DNA of 64,000 nt from Octopus sinensis (lineage: Eukaryota), in contig NC_043001.1 of assembly GCF_006345805.1 (NCBI RefSeq), positions 121,458,001 through 121,522,000 on the forward strand, read 5' to 3'. Position 1 is the first letter of the stretch; every line of letters starts with the position of its first letter. The position numbers and the translations under genes are program-made. Shown here one piece after another: positions 52,400 through 64,000 of this stretch. Under the pieces are notes generated by a model. The model saw only the letters and a list, made by a program, of their open reading frames with translations, was not told the origin of the DNA and did not search any database.

Positions 52400-55171
52400 C
52401 TGCAAAACAACAAACAAAACAAAATATAGGAAAAAGACTTTCTGAAGTCCCCAGCGCATAATTTTTGAAGAAATAATTACTTAAACAATTTTTAATTAAA
52501 TTACTTTGAGAGAAGAATTGTACACAATGTGGCAGTTTTCTTTTTCGATACCAACCAGCGGAAACCACACCTGGTCCTCTGATACCAACTTCCTGTTTTA
52601 AAGTGTACTAACTAAGACCTTCCATCAAAGATTTATGTGTGTGTCATTGAGTATGTATCTGTCTTCCAAAACACCACTTGACACCCAGTGATGGTGTATT
52701 TACATCCCCGTAACTTAGTGGTTTGGCCAAAGAGACTGATAGAATAAATACCTGGCTTAAAAAAAAGATTAAGCTATGGACACTGCCTTAAAGAATTTTA
52801 GTCCAATGAAAACCTGGAGGAGACAAGAGGAGGAGATTGGGAGGGTTGGCTTGAGAAGAGAAGATGCCCAAAAACTGGACAAGATGGCAAGATGGTGTGA
52901 GGGCAGTTGCTATGGCATTGAGGTAGATCCAGCCACCCCCATTAACAGGGACAAAACCCACATTTAAAACACTGAATGATGATGATAATGAAATGATGAT
53001 GGTCTTTGAGTTCTTTAAGGCAGTGCTCCAGTGTGACCACAGTCTATTGACTGAAACAAATAAAAGAATAAAATAAAAAATATCCCAAGGTATCCTGTTC
53101 AACAATCCAACAATTCTATCAGTCTCCTACCTTAGAATGGCATTTTATTTATTGCTTGAGAAGAAGACCCATCGAGTCAAATAAAACCTACGGCCGTGGA
53201 AGCTACCAGTCTCATGCAAATAGCACCTGTGCTGGTGGCACATAAAAGCACCCATTACACTCTCGGAGTGGTTGGCGTTAGGAAGGACATCCAGCCGAAG
53301 AAAACCATACCAAAACAGACTGGAGTCTGGTGCAGCCTTTCAGCTTGCCAGCCCTGGTCAAACCATCCAACACATACCAGCATCATGATGATGATGATGA
53401 TGCCCAGGATTGATAAAAGTCATTGTTGACCGTAACAAGATTTGAAATCAGAATGCAAGGATCTGGAGCAAAACCCACAAGCCATTTCAGTCAGTACTCT
53501 GATTAGCCTGCCAGTTTACTACCATCACATCTGCTTAAATTTTCGTCACCATCATCCAGTGTTTTAAATCCAGCTTTTGTCCCTGTTAACAGGGGTGGCT
53601 GGATCTACCTCAATACTATAGCAACTACCTTCACACCATCTCGCCCAGTTTTGGGTGTCCTTTCTTCTCAAGCCAACCCTCCCAATCTCCTCCTCCACAT
53701 TTTCCTTGGTCTACCTCGCTCTTGCAGTCCATTTACCTCAAACTCAAGAACCCTTCCTCAGAACATGCTCCTCATCCCTCCATAACACATGCCCATACCA
53801 CCACACTCCATTTAAAATTTGTTTTTCCATGCTGGCAAAAGCTGGATGGTTTAATGAGATCTGGTATGTTAAAGGGCTGCACCAAGTTCCAGTATCAGGT
53901 TTGACATTTTCTCTCCAGTTAGATGCCCTTCCTAATGCCAACCACATTACAATGCCCATCATATCTACATGTATATGTATGTATATATGTTTATATGTAT
54001 TTGTGTGTATTTTTGTTTGTGTTGTGGCTGGTACCAACATCCTAACCCACCCAACCCCACTGCTCGACAACTGGTGATGGTTTGTTTACATCCCTGTAAC
54101 TCAGTTGTTCAGCGAAAGAGACTGACAGAGTAAGAGCCAGACTTCAAAAAATAAGTACTGGGGTTAATTTATTCAATTAAACCCATGAAGGCAGTGCCCC
54201 AGCATAGCCACAACCCAATGACTAAAAGAAGTGAAAAGCAAAAGCATGGCTGTGGCTGTATGGTAAGAAGCTTGCTTCCCAACCACATGGTTCTGGGTTC
54301 AGTCCCACTGCGTGGTACCTTGGGCAAGTATCTTCTACTATAGACTCAGGCAAACCAAAGCCTTGTGAGTGGATTTGGTAGACGGAAACTGAAAGAAGCC
54401 CGTTGTATATATGCATATGTTTGTTTGTCTGTGTTTGTCCCCACACCATTGCTTGACAACCAATGTTGGCGTGTTTACATTCCCATAACTTAGCAATTCA
54501 ACAAAAAGAGACTGATAGAATAAGTACTAGGCTTACAAAGAATAAGACCTGGGGTCGATTCATTTGACTAAAGGCAGTGCACCAGCATGGCCACAGTCAA
54601 ATGACTGAAACAAGTAAAAGAATAAAAAATAAAGATTAAATATGTGAACACTAATTTCACTACAACCTATTGTATTTCCCACTCAATACTGTTGCGTTTT
54701 TAGAGGAACAAAAGCTTGAAACTTTAAGCATCTCATGCAAAAAAATTGTGTCATTCAAATAGCATACAAAGAACATAATAACCAATGCAAATAGCTAATT
54801 AAGCATCCTACAAGAGGTCATTAACACATTATTTAATTAAATTCAGAAAACAAAGGTATGGAACTATATTATCACGTAGCAATATCTTCATAGGACTAAG
54901 GCGGCAAGCTGGCAGAAACGTTAGCACGCCGGGTGAAATGCTTAGCGGTATTTCGTCTGAAGGCCATGATTGAAGCCAATGGCGAGTTAATTGCCTAAAT
55001 TTACTCTTTAGTATTTCAAGATATCTTTTTATGTAATTTTGGTAAATATATCTGTTAAAACAAGATGCCAGTGTTATTTCCATCTTTGCGTAAATTAGAC
55101 GACAGTTTATTCTGTGTGCGTGTGTGTGGATGGATGGATGGATGGATAGACAGACAGATAGATGCATAGAT

Positions 55172-55177
<6 letters not shown>

Positions 55178-55233
<56 letters not shown>
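55178..55233. repeat. (GA)n microsatellite
   Basis: Direct read. Confidence 0.9.
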
Positions 55234-55235
<2 letters not shown>

Positions 55236-55295
55236 CCCATTCTCTGATTAGAATAGAATAAACCATTATATCTTTTATTCAGCCTTTTCATTGTA

Positions 55296-56520
55296 CACAG
55301 AAATGACAGAAATAAATAGACACCCTTATAACCGTTAAAATGTATTTAAATCTGAAATTATTCAAATTATTTGTTAATTGTTATAGTGTGAATATCTAAT
55401 ACTTAGTGGACATGCCCTTTGCATTTTTCAATGCAAGGACCCTATTAGGAATGTTACCGATCAGATGACAAATATTCTCTTGAGGATTTTCTTGCCAATT
55501 TCATGCAGTAATCTCAACAGATCTGGCTTTGAAGATGCTTTCTTGTTCTTTTTATAAGTGCCCTGTCCATTATGCCCCAGAGGTGTTCAATAGGGTTCAT
55601 ATCTAGTGACTGGCTTGGCCCCTAGAAGCTTTTTAATGCCATTCTCATCCAACAAATCTTGGGTCATTTGAGCCATGTGACAAGGAGCCCCATCTTCCAT
55701 AAATAAAGAGTCCCCTTTAATCATTGAAGATTGGAAGGAGTCCTTTCTGCAATATGGACACATATTTATCTAAGTTTATGTCTCCCTCACATTCCACCAG
55801 CTCTGAACATACCATTGCTCCAAATTACTACCCTGACTATCACAGAATAGCTACTGTGTTTCATTCTTGGCTGCCATCTGTTAACATCATATTCTTGATC
55901 ACAGAGTCTCCAGTCCCACACTTGACCACTGCCAGGAAATACAGAAAATCTGGACTCATCAGAGAATATGACAGTGTCCTAAAATGTTAGTGGCCTCGCC
56001 ACCATCTCACTGGCCCAATCTTTTTTCAGCTTGATGTTGGCTGGTCGAAGAAGTGGCTTCTTTCTTGTTGCTATGCCATAGTAACCAAGTTTGTGGAGAT
56101 ACCTCACAGTTGTTCTGGGACTGACATCAACATGTTCTGCTATGTCAGATGCCTTGCAATGAAGATTATCCTCCACACTTCTCTTAGCAAAGAGAAGGGT
56201 CCTGTCAGAGAGCCCTGGTTGATTTGGACTTCTTCCTCTCGCTGGTGAATTGCACAATCACTCTATTAACTGTAGAAAGCAGGATCACAGGTTTTCTGTA
56301 ATTTTATGCTATGTCTACCTTCAGAATGGCCCACAATACTACCTCTTTGAAATTCAGACAGTTCCAAAGCTTCTTTTGTACATGGCATAATAAAACAGTC
56401 ACATATAAAACTTAAAACATAAAAATGTCAATTAGTAAAAAATATAAAACCATTACAAGTTAGAATAAACATAAAACGATGTTTTATGGGGTGTCTATTT
56501 ACTTCTGTCATGTCTGTGTG
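55296..56520 (-). mobile_element. Decayed Tc1 transposon with both TIRs
   Basis: TIRs cacagaaatgacagaaataaatagacaccc and gggtgtctatttacttctgtcatgtctgtgtg, TA-flanked; ORF VSPRTTVRYLHKLGYYG..RKKPLLRPANIK. Confidence 0.88.
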
Positions 56521-57062
56521 TATCCACTACTCTATAAACGGATTGACTTCAAGGACATCAAGATGTAGAAACCCTGCCAAACTCTTCAATTCATACCAGT
56601 ATGGAAGATGGGTGTTAAATGATGATGATGATGATTACGACGATGATGATGATGATGACTACATGTATTTCTTTTTCTTTTCTTATGCTTTCAAGATCAT
56701 TCACTCACAGTTTACTTTATTGATTCTAAAGAAATGAAGGAAAAAAAAACATTATAATTTTGTTACACACAATTACGATTAATAAAACAAAATAACAATA
56801 CATTCTAGGGTGTGGGGGTGACATTCAATTAATTTCTATAACAGAATCGTGAGAGTATCGGACAAAATACCCACTGATATCTTGAGCATTTTAAGTTCTG
56901 AGTTCAAATTCTGTCTTGGCTAATTTTGCCTTTTATCTTTCCAGTACAGTCAAATGCTGGGTTGATTTATATTCTTATATTGCATCTTAGATGCAAATGA
57001 TAGTATAATAATAACATAACATGATTTGGATAAAGTATAGCGAAAATGGATTGAACCACTGA

Positions 57063-57455
57063 CTAGGAGTGGCTGTGTGGTAAGTAGCTTGCTTACGAAC
57101 TACATGGTTCCGGGCTCAGTCCCACTGCATGGCACCTTGGGCAAGTGTTTTTTACTATAGCCTCGGGCCGACTAAAGCCTTGTGAGTGGATTTGGTAGTC
57201 GGAAACTGAAAGAAGCCCATCGTATATATATGTATGTGTGTGTATATGTTTGTGTGTCTGTGTTTGTCCCCCCCAACATCACTTGACAACCGATGCTGGT
57301 GTGTTTACCTCCCCGTAACTTAGCGGTTCGGCAAAAGAGACCGATAGAATAAGTACTACGTTTACAAAGAATAAGTCCTGGGGTCGATTTGCTCGACTAA
57401 AAAGGCGGTGCTCCAGCATGGCCGCAGTCAAATGACTGAAACAAGTAAAAGAGAG
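57063..57455 (+). mobile_element. Full-length family A SINE
   Basis: Complete head-body-tail; similar copies at 18144-18532(-), 26300-26745(-), 29715-30130(+), 35345-35730(-), 44270-44710(+), 54245-54630(+), 57690-58110(-), 60198-60530(+), 61165-61590(+). Confidence 0.85.
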
Positions 57456-58419
57456 AAGAGAAATAGAATAAGGTCAAACTAAAGTTTTTGACCTGAGCAA
57501 AAGAAAAAAGTGCAATAGATGTATACAACAACATGCAGTAAATGAATATGAAAAAAAAATGTGCGCTGGCGAATAGGAAGCGGGGGAGAGAACTCAGGAA
57601 TGTTCTGAATCCTCTCACCACACCCCCGTCTGTTGGCGAAATTTCTTTTTTCTTCATATTTCATTTACTACGCATTATTTTACACCTACTCTCTACTCTT
57701 TTACTCGTTTCAGTCATGCGACTGTGGCCATGCTGGAGCACCGACTTTAGTCAGGCAAATCAACCCCAGGACTTATTCTTTGTAAGCCTAGTACTTATTC
57801 TATCAGTCTCTTTTGCCAAACCGCTAAGTTATGGGGACGTAAACACACCGCCATCGGTTGTCAAGTGGTGTGGGGGGGGACAAACACAGACACACAAACA
57901 TATACATACACATACATATATATATAAATATATATATATACATATATACAACAGGCTTCTTTCAGTTTCCGTCTACCAAATCCACTCACAAAGCTTTGGT
58001 CGGCCTGAGACTATAGTAGAAGATACTTGCCCAAGGTGCCACGCAGTGGGACTGAACCTGGAACCATGTGGTTTGTAAGCAAGCTACTTACCACAGTCAC
58101 TCCTACGCCTATGTATACTTTTTTTTTTTTTTCAATTTTTGTGACGAGGTGTGGGTGGAGTGCAGACTCGTATAATTAACACAATCCAGTAACTCAGGCC
58201 AAACACTGGAGTTTAATGGTCAAGGTCTGAATTTTCCGAGTCCTCTCCCTACCCCCGATCGCCAGCGCGCATTTTTTTCATATTCGTTTACTACATGTTG
58301 CTTTACACCTATTACACTTTTTTTTCATTTTCATTTTCATATTTGTGACCGGGTGCTAAAGTGGGGTTACTGCATCGTGTGAATTATCCGAATCAGCCTG
58401 AAATTTGGGGGGAGGGGGC

Positions 58420-58832
58420 CAGTCGATTATATTTCTTTACTACCCACAAGGAGCTAAACATAGAGGGGACAAAACGGATTAAGTCGATTACATCGACCTC
58501 AGTGCGTAACTGGTACTTAATTTATCGACCCCGAAAGGATGAAAGGCAAAGTCGACCTCGACGGAATTTGAACTCAGAACGTAACAGCAGACGAAATACG
58601 TATTTCTTTACTACCCACAAGGGGCTAAACACAGAGGAGACAAACAAGGACAGACAAACGGATCAAGTCGATTACATCGACCCCAGTGCGTAACTGGTAC
58701 TTAATTTTTCGACCCCGAAAGGATGAAAGGCAAAGTCGACCTCGACGGAATTTGAACTCAGAACGTAACGGCAGACGAAATACGGCTACGCATTTCGCCC
58801 AGCGTGCTAACGTTTGTGCCAGCTCGCCGCCC
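58420..58832 (-). mobile_element. Tandem dimer of family B SINE
   Basis: Two head-to-tail copies of the ...gaaaggatgaaaggcaaagtcgacctc... unit; a similar dimer lies at 19900-20335 (+). Confidence 0.8.
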
Positions 58833-60764
58833 TTGAACCGCTTCAATGCCCTTTTCGTAGCTGCAGGTGTGAGAAAGTTAATCATAAATCGCAGTAAACC
58901 AGTGAAGAATAGTTTTAAAAACACGTGTAGTACAGAATGCATTGAGCCAATGTTATTCACATGATGTACCACAGATTTTGAATATATAATTTAAGGGTTT
59001 AAAAAATCCTATACTAAAACTTTAGCGTTGTGAAAAACTTGTTATTCATAACTATGTTTAAAGCAAATACGATTAATATAGTTTTTATATTTCCCAGTGC
59101 TTCTATAATTGTTTTGGCATGATTCTGTTTTCTGATTGGAAATTTGCGGATTTTACATACACATATTGAAACAGGTAAGAACAAATATGCAAGGCTTTTT
59201 TTCTTTAAGTTTAAAATGAGACATTGGTGGCATAATTTCGTCATAATGTTTTGATTTTGTCGAGTTATATCGAAGGAATGCCTTTTTTTTTTTTTTTTTT
59301 TTACATTAGTTTCATTGTGCTTACTAAGTAAAAAGAAGGAAAAAAAACTGAAAAGCGTTATACTATATAAGTTAAGTTAAATTTGAGCGATCGAAAGTTC
59401 GAGTAAATTAAAGAGAAAGTTCAAAGTTGTTTATATTAAGAGTCGGGCCTAAAAGAGTGTCAGAAAAAATTAGTAAAAAACCTCATGTAATTATGACGTT
59501 ACACGTGCCAATCAAAAAAAAATTGGAAAAAAAAGACATATTACCTGAATTTGCCCCCTAAGTTGCCCCCTAAGCTTGTTTTATATATACACATATATGT
59601 CTGTAAACAGTTAAAACACCTTAGTACATATCTGTAGTGGAATAGTGCACAAACGGATCTTAAAACTTATCTTATCTCTTAATATATACATTTACTGCAT
59701 CTAGTTTTCAAGTAATGCACATCCGCAACTAATATCGCTCGTATAAATCCAAGCATAAGTAGTTTGACAGGCCAAGATACTCGTAGACAACAGTGACTGC
59801 TGACTCGACTGGTCGGTTAATGTACCCGACCGATCGGCCACTTTGAGCCCTGTTTTTCAGAAACTGTTTATAGACGTCTTTTATCAAAGCTGCTCGGGCC
59901 ATATTTTACCACAACCCCCACCCAGTTGTTTATTTACCCATGGCGTTTTTATATACATATACAACCTGTATTTGAACAAGTAAGTGTTTAGCACACGTGC
60001 ATGTACAGTTCTTCCGTCGACAGCTGAATGAAATGTTTCGCACGCTTCGGGTAAATTATGCATGCACGAACCCTGCTACCCACCCACATTTACAAACATA
60101 TAAACGTGTGTGCATACATACACACACAGCCACACATGACGTCCTGTACCCATATATGCATCTGTATATATATATATATATAATATATATATATATATAG
60201 GCGCAGGAGTGGCTGTGTGGTAAGTAGCTTGCTTACCAACCACATGGTTCCGGGTTCAGTGACACCTTGGACAAGTGTCTTCTACTATAGCCTCGGGCCG
60301 ACCAAAGCCTTGTGAGTGGATTTGGTAGACGGAAACTGAAAAGAAGTCCATCGTGTATATATATACACACACACATATATGTTTGTATGTGCTTGACAAC
60401 CGATGCTGGTGTGTTTACGTAAGTTAGCGGTTCGGCAAAAGAGACCGTTAGAATAAGTACTAGACTTACAAGAATAAGTTCTGGGGTCGATTTGCTCGAC
60501 TAAAGCAATGCTGTGGAGCATCGCCACAATCAAACCCAAGAAGAGAGAGACAGAGATGTTTAAAATATGTGTTAGGAAACGATATACAAAGCAAAACTTA
60601 TTTACATTAAAGAAGATTCATAGTTGTAGATAGAACTTTTGCAAACATTGACATAATTAGTTCTTTGCCAATTAAGAAATGAATAAATGATTCATTATTT
60701 CGCATGCCTCTTATATCGGTTTCTGTGCGTGTGTATGTGTACATATACATATGTACCTATAAGA

Positions 60765-61088
60765 GCTCAAAATCTCTCGTGGAGGCGCCATCCAACCGAA
60801 ATGCAAATATATGGTAAACTACCACCTGTGTCATCTCTTGTGAAAGGTAGGAGAGTCCAGTTTGCTGGACATTGTTGTAGAGCTGAAAAAGAGGTAATTT
60901 CTACTCTTCTCCTCTGGAAGCCATCTACTCGCAATACCGGAGGGCGCACACTCTCCTACTCTGATGTAATCTCCAGGGACACAGGCATCCAGCAACAGGA
61001 CCTCCGTAATGCTATGATGGACCGTGATGTCTGGCGTAGCATGGTAAATTCCATTGTCTCGACCACGGTCGAACAATGTTGATGATGA
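60765..61088 (+). mobile_element. RTE-like LINE 3' fragment
   Basis: IYGKLPPVSSLVKGRRVQFAGHC.R...DL.NAMMDRDVWR, ending in tgatgatga. Confidence 0.75.
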
Positions 61089-62281
61089 CCTATAAACACA
61101 CACATACGTCTATATAGTCGTCTCAGAATCTAAAGTCCGAAAAAACAAGCACTCATATTTATTAGTAGGCGTGACTGTGTGGTAAAAAGCTTGCTTCCCA
61201 ACTACATGATTCCGGGTTCAGTCCCACCGCCTGGACAAGTGTCGTCTACTATAGCTTTGGGGGTTAATGTTAACAAGGACTTGTTAACATTGGTCGCTTC
61301 GGGTCGACCAAAGCCTTGTTTGTAGGTTTGGTAGATAGAAACTGAAAGAAACCCATCGTTTATATATGCGTGTATTATTGTGTGTGTGTGTGTTTGTCCC
61401 TCGACACCGCTTGATAACCGGTGATGGTGTATTTACGTCCCCGTAACCTAGCGGTTTGGTCAAAGTGGCTGATAGAATAAGTACCAGGCTCTAAAAAAAC
61501 ATAAGTACTGGGGTCGATTCGTTTGACTAAATTTTATTAAGGCGGTGTCTCAGTATGACCGCAGTCTAATGTCTGAAACAAGTAAAAGATATAATAATAT
61601 ATTAATCGAAGCATACAGTATTACTGATCCATTTCAGTCGATCTTAGCAATCGGTTTGCACACGAATTCGGAAATTAGGTGTGTGTGTGTATTTCCTGAG
61701 CGTCCAATAACACTAGACTTGTTCCACGTCCTCGCGTTGTTGTGCTTTCTCTTTGTTCATGTTTGGATTAACTCTCTGCCACTATCTGGCAAATACAGGT
61801 GCTTACACTTATCAAGTATTCCCTCTAAACTTACAGTACCTATATATATATATATGTGTATATATATATATATATATCCTGGTGAAGGCCACTTTTTGGC
61901 GTATCTTTATGATCCAGACTTACTCCCTCCATATTTTAAAGAGGTCATAGGCCAATAGGTTTGGAGATGGACGGGAAACTCAGGGTAACTCCATAAACCG
62001 GCCTTCACCGGGAAAAAAATATAGACTGCTCTACCTCTTAGAATGTGCTTCTTCTCCGGATTTATGTTTTTGTAAAAACGATACACGCACAAACATATCA
62101 GATGAAGTTCAGTTGTATTTAGTCATAATGTCATAGAAATACTTTTTGACAGTTCACATAAAACATGTGTTCTTGGCACACTTAAATGACTTCTTCACGA
62201 TAATGCAACTGTTTCACTTTCAAAACATGGTCTCAGATGTGTAAGTGTATGTAATTGCGTGTATATGTGTATCTAAATATT

Positions 62282-62321
<40 letters not shown>

Positions 62322-62455
62322 GAACGTAGTTATGCGTGTGTAAAGAGACAGATAGTTAAAGTTAGATTAGGCCGATCTATGGGATTACCCTGGGTTTCAC
62401 ATCCATAAAGCGCTTGGCTTACAGCATATTGTCAGATCCCAAACGTGTTTGGCTC

Positions 62456-62500
<45 letters not shown>

Positions 62501-62816
62501 TATAATTATATAAAGTTGTGAAAATCCAAAGTCGGGGTAGAAATCTATAGTTATGCTTATATATATATGCTCACCAAGTATTAATAGGCAATAATAAACT
62601 CATATATTTAGGTGATAAAGTGGGTATATTAATGATAATGATTATATAATATACATGTGTGTAATTCAAAGAAATACAATTATTTGCAAAAAAATAATTA
62701 CATTCCACAGAAAAAGAAAGACTAAATGAAGAGTTAAGAGATGTCAGGGAGAAAGAAGCGACATGAACAATATGAGATGGAACCGAGTGTGGATAAATTG
62801 TATAAATCTTACGTAC

Positions 62817-63096
62817 TTATTATTCCAGCTGTATATGTAGGCTCCGGTTCAATTGGAGAGAAACCACTTGTAGAACTAGAGGCATCAGTGACAGTGTCGG
62901 AGCGATCGTCACGTTTGGACGTCTCAGATGACGATGCCATGCTGCCGGTTGCGGACCTTGCATTCGGCTGAGGGAAGAAACTAAGGCACCGACTGATGAA
63001 TGTGGTGGTGGCGGGAAGAAGGGCAGCAACGGAGGGGGTGCGAAAGAAAATATGACCTAATGGTTTATGTAAAGGTGAAAACATAAATCGAGTCAT
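62817..63096 (-). CDS. FLAD1: FAD synthase exon 1 (presequence-like extension, low-complexity linker, TYTAGII)
   Basis: Splicing A|TT at the GTACGT donor restores AGIIIIGDEILKG, matching the FLAD1 TAGILIVGDEILKG motif; in-frame upstream TAA at 63141-63139. Confidence 0.9.
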
Positions 63097-64000
63097 TTGA
63101 TTTAGGATTGTTTTTGAATGCTTTCTTTCGTGGGCGTTTTATCGTTCATTGTAGCTGTTGCATAAAGAGAATTCCATGTAGTAAATTTGATAGAAGAATG
63201 GTCGAAACTTAATGTGAAAGTTCCAAAGTAAATAAACAATGTTGGTAAGGAGAATAGAGCACGGCGAGTGAGTTATCTCCCTTGGTGTTTTAGAGCTCCG
63301 AAAAAAAAAGAAATTAAAAAAGTTAAGCGAGAAGTAAATAAAGATGAATGGAAGAATGAATGAGAAGACAGAACGATGGATGAGAAAGAAAATATTTAGG
63401 TGATATAAATATCGGAGACGCTTTGCCATACGCAGAAACTGCAGGAGCTACTCAGAGGTATTGCAAGCTCGGCGGAGGTAAAGAATACGTACACCACCCG
63501 TTTTCGGCGTAACAAAAACCCAAGCCCTAACCGTAAACACCGGGTGTACGTATTCTTTACTTTCGCCGCAAGCTCTCCTGGCTCCATCGCAATATTAAAA
63601 AACCTGTCCGTATCATCAACACGTATCTCAGTGTCACAAACGTTTCGCTTCATACTCTATAAGCTTCACCTGAGTGCGACTGACAGTGGGGACTAAATCA
63701 GTCTTCGCCTGCGGAAGGGTTCAACTTGAGGTCTCTTATCAACCATAGCTACTTTTATATATAATTTAATTTAATATAGTTAGTGCATCGGTAAATAGTA
63801 GGACTTGGCTATGATAGACTCCCAAAGAAAGTCCTATTCTTGCAACCGACTAATGGCTATCGAAACATTAGTAAATCTAAATTGAGACTGAAGACACTGT
63901 CAAGCGGAACTCTATCCCCACCGACAAGTGGAGCCAACTAACCAGTGATCACTCTGGAGAAATTTGGTTCAACAAGTCAATCATAGTCGTTGACGACGGA

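Noticed and set aside
58850-59590. Possible hAT transposase remnant
   Set aside because: No recognisable motif in either strand and no paired TIRs found
62741-62971. Plus-strand ORF overlapping FLAD1 exon 1
   Set aside because: Antisense shadow of the real exon; no independent evidence

Overview
AT-rich, repeat-dense eukaryotic DNA. The SINE families and microsatellite load suggest an octopus/cephalopod genome (inference). One host gene is found: a minus-strand bifunctional FAD synthase (FLAD1-like; N-terminal molybdopterin-binding/CinA-like domain, C-terminal PAPS-reductase-type domain). I assembled 12 coding exons by hand (63096 down to 12556), all with GT-AG boundaries and consistent phases, totalling 1577 nt or about 525 codons. 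The last exon (expected GYTSLG... motif) was not found and probably lies left of position 1. Exon 1 has a weak upstream ATG encoding a mitochondrial-presequence-like extension and a strong-context downstream ATG. The introns hold a very young Ty3/Gypsy (Mag-like) LTR retrotransposon with identical 238-bp LTRs and a 5-bp TSD, three decayed Tc1 elements, mariner derivatives, Penelope, R4/Dong-like, RTE and CR1 fragments, Helentron-like (HINE) elements, a TTAA-MITE trimer and dozens of SINEs. Several hammerhead-ribozyme folds occur in Penelope-like remnants. There is a 100-N gap at 4045-4144. No CRISPR array, rRNA or true tRNA gene is supported. Only representative SINE copies are listed.
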